A stretch of DNA of 32,000 nucleotides from Candidatus Saccharimonadota bacterium (GTDB lineage: Bacteria > Patescibacteriota > Saccharimonadia > Saccharimonadales > UBA4665), in NCBI GenBank assembly GCA_003516025.1, contig CP023991.1, forward strand, positions 961,374-993,373. The letters are read 5' to 3'. Positions 1 through 6,494 of the stretch are shown in pieces (positions within the stretch are counted from its first letter, which is position 1; each line of letters starts with the position of its first letter). A program made the position numbers and the translations under genes. The notes below the pieces were generated by a model. The model was not told the DNA's origin and did not search any database. It worked only from the letters and a program-made list of their open reading frames with translations.

Positions 1-190
1 CGGCCGCACCAACAAACGGCTCACCTTTCAGATCCTCGTTCTTACCGGGCGCTTCACCGACAAACACGATGTCAGCATCCGGATTACCGCTACCGAATAC
101 CAGCTGCGTGGCAGTTTCAGCCAGTTCCGGCGTGACCTGGTTGTCCAGGATCTGCTGCCGGATTTCATCGAGTTTCTGTTGCTTATTCAC
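1..190 (-). CDS. Uracil-DNA glycosylase, family 4 (N-terminal part; the gene runs off the left edge)
   Basis: Not in the ORF track, because it starts with GTG at 190 and is truncated by the window edge. My translation of the reverse complement of 1-190 is [63 protein letters not shown]. The GEAPG..ED..G.PFVG block is the family-4 UDG signature. The GTG overlaps the upstream ORF's stop by 8 nt (GTGAATAA). Confidence 0.8.
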   Translation of the reverse strand, partial: MNKQQKLDEIRQQILDNQVTPELAETATQLVFGSGNPDADIVFVGEAPGKNEDLKGEPFVGAA

Positions 191-392
191 GCTTACCAAC
201 CTTTTTAAACAGTTTCACGATTTGGCCAACAGTAAGCGCCAGAAATACAATCGTCAGGAAGTAAGTAATAAGGCTACCCGTATCAATCGCGATCGAAGCA
301 AATAGATAGGTGATAAAAGCATCCATGGCAATAATAATCGCCAGTCCGCCCTTAGTATCCTGCCACGAAAGCGATTTTTTCAAATCAGCCAC
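183..392 (-). CDS. Small hypothetical membrane protein (69 aa, two predicted TM helices)
   Basis: Track ORF with two hydrophobic stretches ([22 protein letters not shown] and [19 protein letters not shown]). It is tightly packed in the pnp-to-UDG gene string and overlaps the UDG start. I recognise no family. Confidence 0.5.
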   Translation of the reverse strand: MADLKKSLSWQDTKGGLAIIIAMDAFITYLFASIAIDTGSLITYFLTIVFLALTVGQIVKLFKKVGKRE

Positions 393-397
393 CTATC

Positions 398-619
398 TTA
401 ACCTTTCGCCTCTTCACGTTTAGCAAGCGTTCCATAGACGCCGCCTATTATCATGATGACTACGCCGATACTAATTTGTATCCATGCCGTACGGGAGATG
501 CCCACAATTGAGACACCCCCCAGAAACGTAGCCAAGCCAAAGCCGTATAAAAAGTTGGCAAGCTTTTCATATTTGCGCACCATTGAAGCCATTACGGATT
601 TATTTGCCTTCCAGTTCAC
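398..619 (-). CDS. Small hypothetical membrane protein (73 aa, two predicted TM helices)
   Basis: Track ORF with two hydrophobic stretches (FLYGFGLATFLGGVSIVGI and IQISIGVVIMIIGGVYG). The start at 619 is a GTG lying 20 nt inside pnp. An alternative ATG at 592 lies 8 nt after the pnp stop and downstream of GGAAGG. The start is therefore uncertain. Confidence 0.5.
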   Translation of the reverse strand: MNWKANKSVMASMVRKYEKLANFLYGFGLATFLGGVSIVGISRTAWIQISIGVVIMIIGGVYGTLAKREEAKG

Positions 620-2732
620 GCACAGCGGCTTTCATGGAAAGCTGCAGGCGGCCACGGTCATCAATAGCAACCAGTTTGACCGTCACTTTATCGCCTTCTT
701 TTACGACGTCGCTCGGTTTGTTGACACGCTCTTCACTCATTTCGGAGACATGTACCAGGCCGTCTTTGCCTGGCATGATCTGTACGAAGGCACCGAAATC
801 CAAAACGGACACTACCGGTACGTTTTCGTAGATCTTACCGACTTCGGGTTCGGCCACGATGCTTTCAATCCACTGGATAGCCGCCTTGATGCTGGCCCCG
901 TCCGGGCTGGCGATCAGAACCGTACCATCATCGTGAATATCGATTTCAGCGCCGGTCTCAGCGGTGATCTTCTGTATCACTTCCCCGCCCTTACCGATCA
1001 CTTCGCGGATCTTGTCTGGATTGATGGTGATAGTTTCAACGCGAGGCGCGTACGGGCTGAGCTCCTTGTTCGGCTCGGCGATAGTGGTTAGCATGTGCTC
1101 CAGGATCTCGGCACGGCCTTCGCGGCCCTGCTCAAGCGCCTTAGCGAGCACTTCAACTGGTAAACCATGGACTTTCATATCCATCTGCAGCGCGGTGATA
1201 CCCTTGCTGGTTCCGGCGGTCTTGAAGTCCATATCGCCGGCAAAGTCTTCAGCGTCGGCGATATCGCTCATGATGTACGGCGTGTCACCATCGATCATCA
1301 GGCCCATCGCGATACCGGAAACCGGTGCCTTCAAAGGAACACCGGCGTCCATCAGGCTGAGCGTACTGGAACAAGTAGCCGCCATTGAGGTTGAACCGTT
1401 CTGGCTCATGATTTCAGTCACTGTGCGGATAGCATACGGAAAATCGTTCTCAGATGGTAGTACGGCGCTGAGGGCGCGTTCGGCCAGGTAACCGTGGCCA
1501 ATTTCGCGGCGGCCCGGCGAACCTAAGCGGCGGACTTCGCCAACGGTCCAACCCGGCGCGTTGTAATGGTGCATGTAGCGGCGCTCGGTATTGCGCTCCA
1601 TGGTGTCGACCAGCTGCGAATAACTCAACGGCGCCAAAGTGGTGATGTTCATAGCTTGGGTCACACCTCGGGTGAACAAGCTGGAACCATGGGCACGTGG
1701 CAGGAAACCGACTTCTGAGCTCAACGGACGGATTTCCGTCAGTTTGCGGCCGTCAGGACGGGTTTGGTGCTCCACAATTCCCTTACGGACATCTTTGTGG
1801 ACAGCCATCGTAAATGCTTCGTCGTACTCGTGCTTCACCGCGTCCCATTCGTCGCCAAGCTCTTCTTCGAAATGCGCCATGGTTTCTTTGCGTAACGTAG
1901 CGACCAGGTCATTGCGCTCCGGGTATGGCTTACGCAGGTTCTCGCCAAGCTCTTTTTCAAGATATTCGGCTACAGTCTGCTGGATGCCCTCGTCGGGCAG
2001 GACCACTTCGTATTCCATAGGAGTCACGCCGACTTTTTCAGCCAGTTCCTTTTGCAAGGCGATTGCCGGCTGGATAGCCTCCTGGGCAAATGCCAATGCT
2101 TCGATAACCTGAGCTTCCGGTACTTCGGAAGCGCCAGCTTCAACCATCATGATGCCATCGGCAGTACCGGCGACAACCAGGTCGAGGTCACCGTCGTTCA
2201 GCTGTTCCGGCGTGGCAAAAGCCGTAACCTTGCCATCGACCAGGCCGAGGCGGACACCGGCGACCGGGCCGTCAAACGGCGCGCCGGTGAGCGTAAAGGC
2301 GGCGCTCATGGCAATCATAGCTATCATGTCCGGGCGGAATGCTGGGTCCATTGATAATACCGTAGCGATTCCCTGTACTTCATTGCGGTAGCCCTTCGGC
2401 CACAGCGGACGGATTGGGCGGTCAATCAGGCGGCCAATTAAAACGGCGTCGTCCGAAGGGCGGCCTTCGCGCTTAATAAAGCGTGAACCGCTGATTTTTC
2501 CGGCAGCATAAAATTTTTCTTCGTAGTCGATGCTGAGCGGAAAATAATCCATGCCATGGATGCGGTTCTGGCTGACCATAGCCGTACCAAGTACTACGGT
2601 GTCACCGTAGCGGGCAATAACGGAAGCCGTTGAACGAAAGCCAACGCGGCCAACTTCCAAGCTTAGCGTGCGGCCGCAGAACTCGGTTTCTACCTTAATT
2701 ATGTCTTTACCCATTGGGTTAATAGTACTCAT
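600..2732 (-). CDS. pnp: Polyribonucleotide nucleotidyltransferase (PNPase)
   Basis: 710-aa ORF with duplicated RNase PH-like cores, a KH domain (GKGGEVIQKITAETGAEIDI) and a C-terminal S1 domain (GKIYENVPVVSVLDFGAFVQIMPGKDGLVHVSE). AGAGG lies upstream of the ATG. The conserved rpsO-pnp adjacency is present. Confidence 0.97.
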   Translation of the reverse strand: MSTINPMGKDIIKVETEFCGRTLSLEVGRVGFRSTASVIARYGDTVVLGTAMVSQNRIHGMDYFPLSIDYEEKFYAAGKISGSRFIKREGRPSDDAVLIGRLIDRPIRPLWPKGYRNEVQGIATVLSMDPAFRPDMIAMIAMSAAFTLTGAPFDGPVAGVRLGLVDGKVTAFATPEQLNDGDLDLVVAGTADGIMMVEAGASEVPEAQVIEALAFAQEAIQPAIALQKELAEKVGVTPMEYEVVLPDEGIQQTVAEYLEKELGENLRKPYPERNDLVATLRKETMAHFEEELGDEWDAVKHEYDEAFTMAVHKDVRKGIVEHQTRPDGRKLTEIRPLSSEVGFLPRAHGSSLFTRGVTQAMNITTLAPLSYSQLVDTMERNTERRYMHHYNAPGWTVGEVRRLGSPGRREIGHGYLAERALSAVLPSENDFPYAIRTVTEIMSQNGSTSMAATCSSTLSLMDAGVPLKAPVSGIAMGLMIDGDTPYIMSDIADAEDFAGDMDFKTAGTSKGITALQMDMKVHGLPVEVLAKALEQGREGRAEILEHMLTTIAEPNKELSPYAPRVETITINPDKIREVIGKGGEVIQKITAETGAEIDIHDDGTVLIASPDGASIKAAIQWIESIVAEPEVGKIYENVPVVSVLDFGAFVQIMPGKDGLVHVSEMSEERVNKPSDVVKEGDKVTVKLVAIDDRGRLQLSMKAAVRELEGK

Positions 2733-2954
2733 TCGTACCTCTATTTTCTGAGGGGATTGATCAGGCTATGCAAACAGAGTGCAAATATAGTCGTGCGCTT
2801 GTGCAAGCAACTGTGTGGGTTGGCACGATATATCTGTGGCTCTATTTGCAGAGCTGCATTAAACCCTCTTAACGTTTAATGTGCACAAGCTTGGTTCCAC
2901 GAGTTTCGTGAAACCTGGTCTATGCACGGCCTAGACCAGCCGCTAGCGGCGTCT
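2733..2954 (-). promoter_or_regulatory. Structured rpsO-pnp intergenic leader with several hairpins and no canonical U-tract terminator
   Basis: This 222-nt non-coding gap is the longest in the window. I read three stems: 2915-2922/2932-2939 (CTGGTCTA/TAGACCAG, 8 bp, 9-nt loop), 2857-2864/2874-2881 (CATTAAAC/GTTTAATG, 8 bp, 9-nt loop), and the palindrome GCCGCTAGCGGC at 2939-2950. None is followed by a T-run on the minus strand, so read-through from rpsO into pnp is likely. In E. coli the equivalent leader is an RNase III/PNPase autoregulatory target. Confidence 0.35.
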
Positions 2955-3221
2955 CTACCTTCTAATCCCGAGTTTTGCGATGAGGTCCAGGTAGCCCTGG
3001 CTATCACGCTCAGCGATGTAGCGCAGCAAACGGCGGCGCCTGCCGACGAGCTGGAGCAGACCACGGCGGGCAGCAAAGTCTTTTTTATTGACCTTAAGGT
3101 GCTCAGTTAGTTCTTTGATACGCTCAGTTGCGACTGCAACCTGAACGCTGGCCCCACCAGTGTCCTTGTCGTGGACTTGGGCGCTCGCAATAGCGGCTTG
3201 TTTTTTCTCACTTGTAATCAT
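2955..3221 (-). CDS. rpsO: 30S ribosomal protein S15
   Basis: The track ORF 2955-3227 begins at a GTG. An ATG at 3221 gives MITSEKKQ..., about 88 aa, which is the typical S15 length. The conserved C-terminal block RRGLLQLVGRRRRLLRYI is present. The gene sits immediately upstream of pnp. Confidence 0.93.
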   Translation of the reverse strand: MITSEKKQAAIASAQVHDKDTGGASVQVAVATERIKELTEHLKVNKKDFAARRGLLQLVGRRRRLLRYIAERDSQGYLDLIAKLGIRR

Positions 3222-3229
3222 ATGCACCT

Positions 3230-3258
3230 ATTCTACCAGATAGACAGCGCAGGTTCAA
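3230..3258 (-). promoter_or_regulatory. Putative sigma-70 promoter of rpsO (TTGAAC-17-TAGAAT), placed for a leaderless or near-leaderless transcript
   Basis: On the minus strand, TTGAAC is at 3258-3253, the spacer is 17 nt, and TAGAAT is at 3235-3230. Only 8 nt separate the -10 box from the ATG at 3221. Confidence 0.4.
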
Positions 3259-3279
3259 GGGGTGGCGTGTGCCTTTTGT

Positions 3280-4008
3280 CTAATTACCCTGAGCGGCGGC
3301 GAGAACGGCCTGGGCATGGACTAATATATTACTCTGGTCGGCGGCAGTCGCCTGCGCGCCTGTTTCGGTAATGGCGCCGGTATCAGTGAACTCGACTGAG
3401 CGGGTAGCGTACTCATTGTCGCGGATCAGATCGGTTGCCTGATACTTGTACAGGCTGCCATCAGGGTAAAACGAGGCGGCGAAATCAGTTGCCATGTTGC
3501 CGTTAGCGCTAAAAGCAGTAACTGATACAGTCTCGAGATTAACGCCTTCGGATGGCATTTCTGGGTCAAAACGCTGTAACTGCAACGTGTACGACTGATC
3601 ACCCACCGTAAGGTCGACGTGTTGAATATTGCTGCCATCATCGCCGGCGGCCTCATCTACAACAAGGCTGGAGTACATTTGAAAGGTCTCGTTAATCGAG
3701 TCCTTCATGGCTACGACGGTCTCGCTGGCCTGACTACGCAGTTCAGCGGCGCTCACCTGACCTGTCGGAGCTTCGATGGTAGACGGAACGGTTGGAGCCG
3801 GACCGGCGCCCTCAGCACCGACAGATGTTGGAGCCGGAGCGGATTCACCGCCGCTTGGAGCACTACAACCAACTAAGGTTAGGGCGCCAACTCCCATAGT
3901 AATGGCCGCCGCCTTGCGCAAACGGCTTACCTTTACCTCAGTTTTAGGAGTCGACTGGTCTTCGACGACGATTTGGGTTGCTAATGATTCTGTTTGTTTT
4001 GTTTTCAT
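3280..4008 (-). CDS. Hypothetical lipoprotein
   Basis: The ORF contains a lipobox-type signal, RKAAAITMGVGALTLVG|CSAP. The ATG at 4008 gives an unusually long 31-aa n-region. An internal TTG at 3921, preceded by AAGGT, would give a canonical signal peptide MRKAAAITMGVGALTLVGC. The mature part is Ala/Pro/Thr/Ser-rich and I recognise no family. Confidence 0.6.
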   Translation of the reverse strand: MKTKQTESLATQIVVEDQSTPKTEVKVSRLRKAAAITMGVGALTLVGCSAPSGGESAPAPTSVGAEGAGPAPTVPSTIEAPTGQVSAAELRSQASETVVAMKDSINETFQMYSSLVVDEAAGDDGSNIQHVDLTVGDQSYTLQLQRFDPEMPSEGVNLETVSVTAFSANGNMATDFAASFYPDGSLYKYQATDLIRDNEYATRSVEFTDTGAITETGAQATAADQSNILVHAQAVLAAAQGN

Positions 4009-4014
4009 ACTTCC

Positions 4015-4043
4015 ATTATAGCATAAGTTTTATAAATTGTCTA
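4015..4043 (-). promoter_or_regulatory. Putative promoter (TAGACA-17-TGcTATAAT) directly upstream of the lipoprotein ATG
   Basis: On the minus strand, TAGACA is at 4043-4038, the spacer is 17 nt, and an extended -10 TGCTATAAT has its TATAAT at 4020-4015. Only 6 nt (4014-4009) separate the -10 box from the ATG at 4008. Confidence 0.45.
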
Positions 4044-4053
4044 TATGATTTTA

Positions 4054-5634
4054 TTACTGATGATTGCCGACGCGGTTCAGGACCGTTTCAAGTTGCATAC
4101 GCACCTGGTCATACGGCGCGACCGCAGCTTCCAGCTCCTGGTACGTTTGGCGTAACGAGTCATTAGCTGGCAACAAGAACAGGTCTGGAGTCTGGGCGAT
4201 TATTTCGTTCATCTGTCCCCAGATCGGAAATACATTTTCATCAGTCGACGCGTGGATACGTCCGGCCTGCAGGAAATTCACGTAGTATTCGGCAAGCGCC
4301 GGATTCTGCTCATCAAGCCGGGCAAGCAATAAGGCATACTTCTCTCGGACGGGTATCAGGTCACGGCCAGGGGCGCCGTCCAACCCATACAGGTCACGGG
4401 CATTCGGACCGTAAAAGATAGTCTCGCCTTCGGTAGCAACATCTTCCATGACGTTCGTCATGCCGTACGGTCGGGTGCTGATAATACTGCCGGCACCATC
4501 GACTTCCAGCGTGTATGTCGTCTGAGCGGTGTCTGGGTTCTTCAGGTCATCCTGATAAATGGCACCGTTATTCAGGAAGCGCATGGCATTATCAACACCG
4601 ACGTTGTCCTCCATGACAGTCCAGCACAAATTCTGGTGCAGCAGATGGGTGGACTCATGGACGCCAATGACCTGCATGACGCTGTCGTTATAGGCTAAAT
4701 CTTCAACCCTGTCATTGGTGAACATAGAGGTGTCTATCATAATGTTTTCCTTGTCGGCTAAATGTACCTCGCCGAGCGCACCTTCATCGTGCAGGTCACC
4801 GAAGAATACGCGCCTGGCGCCTGACTCGGTAACGAATTCTTTCGGCATATAGGCAAACCCGCCAAGGATGTCCGCCATGGCACGCCGGGCCATGTTGTCG
4901 GTATTCGTCTTATCGTTGTCGATCGGTTCGATGACGTCCTCGTCCGGCACACCCTCCATGTCGGATTCCCAGTCGAAGAAGGGTTCTAAACCGATTTGCG
5001 GGAGGTAACCCTTTAGGGCACGCTGGTACTCAGACAGTGGGACGACCGGGCGTTCCGAAATGGCATCAGCATACAGGCGGTTGTAGTCATCAAGCGGGAA
5101 TTCGCCGAAGGATAGGTTGTTGCTTGCCGCCTCCAGTCGTTCTATGTTCCGCATGGTCTGATCCTGTAAAACCGACGGATTTTCGGAAGGAGCCGTTTCT
5201 TCCCCGAACAGACGCTGATACATGCTGACGACTTGGTTTGGTGTAACCTTTGTATCACAGGTATCCACCGTAAGTGCGTTACGCGCATCGACGAATACGC
5301 GGCCGATATCTGGCGGCAAATTAGCTCCGGTAGGAGCTTCGGGAAGCGTTTGGGTTACCGGCAATACATAAGGCTCGCCGACAGACATGTCCAGGTCCGC
5401 CGAACGGTCTTCCATGATATCGCGGACCGAATGAACAATCACCGTCGAAGAAACTACTACACTGGCGAGTGCTATAGCGGTACTCAACTTCCGCCCGCGG
5501 TTCGGCTGTTGGGTAGCCTCCTGCTCTACCACCTCTTCTATGGAAGCTTCATATGCTTTGGAGAAGTCGGCGTCTGGGCTCTGCGGTACTTCCGGAGCGG
5601 CAAAGGATGATAACGGGATTGGCTTCATTGACAT
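4054..5634 (-). CDS. Membrane-anchored hypothetical protein with an HExxH zinc-metallopeptidase-like motif
   Basis: 526-aa ORF with a single N-terminal TM segment (LSTAIALASVVVSSTVIVHSV) followed by a large domain carrying VIGVHESTHLLHQ (HExxH). I recognise no protease family. The gene is inserted between truB and rpsO. Confidence 0.6.
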   Translation of the reverse strand: MSMKPIPLSSFAAPEVPQSPDADFSKAYEASIEEVVEQEATQQPNRGRKLSTAIALASVVVSSTVIVHSVRDIMEDRSADLDMSVGEPYVLPVTQTLPEAPTGANLPPDIGRVFVDARNALTVDTCDTKVTPNQVVSMYQRLFGEETAPSENPSVLQDQTMRNIERLEAASNNLSFGEFPLDDYNRLYADAISERPVVPLSEYQRALKGYLPQIGLEPFFDWESDMEGVPDEDVIEPIDNDKTNTDNMARRAMADILGGFAYMPKEFVTESGARRVFFGDLHDEGALGEVHLADKENIMIDTSMFTNDRVEDLAYNDSVMQVIGVHESTHLLHQNLCWTVMEDNVGVDNAMRFLNNGAIYQDDLKNPDTAQTTYTLEVDGAGSIISTRPYGMTNVMEDVATEGETIFYGPNARDLYGLDGAPGRDLIPVREKYALLLARLDEQNPALAEYYVNFLQAGRIHASTDENVFPIWGQMNEIIAQTPDLFLLPANDSLRQTYQELEAAVAPYDQVRMQLETVLNRVGNHQ

Positions 5635-5661
5635 GTTTATTTTATGTAGTTTACTAATACT

Positions 5662-5690
5662 ATTGTATCAAAACATTAGCATTATGTCAA
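5662..5690 (-). promoter_or_regulatory. Near-consensus sigma-70 promoter (TTGACA-17-TACAAT) of the 4054-5634 gene, with a shared 13-nt motif inside the spacer
   Basis: On the minus strand, TTGACA is at 5690-5685, the spacer is 17 nt, and TACAAT is at 5667-5662. The spacer contains ATGCTAATGTTTT (5682-5670), which is identical to the block at 10285-10273. Confidence 0.6.
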
Positions 5691-5771
5691 TAAGATGACA
5701 TAGAATAACCGTTTCTTCCGCTCATCCCGAATAAAATAGAGATACTTATACAGCCAATGGCATCACGCTTG

Positions 5772-6464
5772 TTATATCGTTTGCATTGAAGATGCCAATT
5801 CGTCAACCGTAATGCCCTGCACTGATATAGCCTCGTCAATCGTGAAGTCTCCGATGCTGGTCCGGCGCAGGTCGCTCATGTAAGCGCCTGTCTGGAGCTG
5901 GACGCCCATGTCTTCCACTAAGGAGCGGATATACGTACCGGATGAAACATGGCTGGTAAAGCGGACATACGGGTAGCCGTACGCCGTCAACTCATTGCTA
6001 AGAATAGTGGCCGGGCGTGGCTCCATTATTACTTGTTTGCCTTCCCGGGCCAGCTTATAGGCTCGTACGCCATTAACTTTCATCGCTGAATAGGCGGGCG
6101 GTGTCTGTATCAGTGCGCCGGTGAACTGATGCAGAACTGACTCGATTTCTTCGTGAGTTGGTACGCGGTCGCTGAGAACAGTTTTCTCACCCTCCTCATC
6201 AGCCGTAGTGCTGGTAACACCCAGTTTCATAGTAACTTCGTAAGTCTTACTGAGCTTGCTCCACTCGGTGGCACGGCGAGTGTAATCTTTGCCGACCAGA
6301 ATGACCAGCAAGCCGGTCGCCAGGGGGTCGAGCGTGCCAGTGTGGCCTACTTTGACATTTTTGGGCTTTTTATCGAGCTGCGTAGCAACCATCCGGCGTA
6401 CGTAGTTAACGACATCAAAACTGGTCCAGCCCTTGGGCTTATCGGCTAGTAATATTCCTTGCAT
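5772..6464 (-). CDS. truB: tRNA pseudouridine(55) synthase TruB (short form with no obvious C-terminal PUA domain)
   Basis: 230-aa ORF with the catalytic-Asp motif GHTGTLDPLATGLL. It sits in the conserved DHH-truB-...-rpsO-pnp neighbourhood. Its length is about 80 aa shorter than E. coli TruB. Confidence 0.95.
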   Translation of the reverse strand: MQGILLADKPKGWTSFDVVNYVRRMVATQLDKKPKNVKVGHTGTLDPLATGLLVILVGKDYTRRATEWSKLSKTYEVTMKLGVTSTTADEEGEKTVLSDRVPTHEEIESVLHQFTGALIQTPPAYSAMKVNGVRAYKLAREGKQVIMEPRPATILSNELTAYGYPYVRFTSHVSSGTYIRSLVEDMGVQLQTGAYMSDLRRTSIGDFTIDEAISVQGITVDELASSMQTI

Positions 6465-6494
6465 GCTGCAAGTATACTGAATTTTAGAAACATT

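Noticed and set aside
453-2391. Several long plus-strand ORFs from the track (453-1091 at 212 aa, 964-1491 at 175 aa, 1639-2112 at 157 aa, 2052-2354 and 2149-2391).
   Set aside because: All lie antisense within the well-supported pnp gene. Their translations are Arg/Ser/Ala-rich low-complexity 'shadow' sequences with no recognisable motifs.
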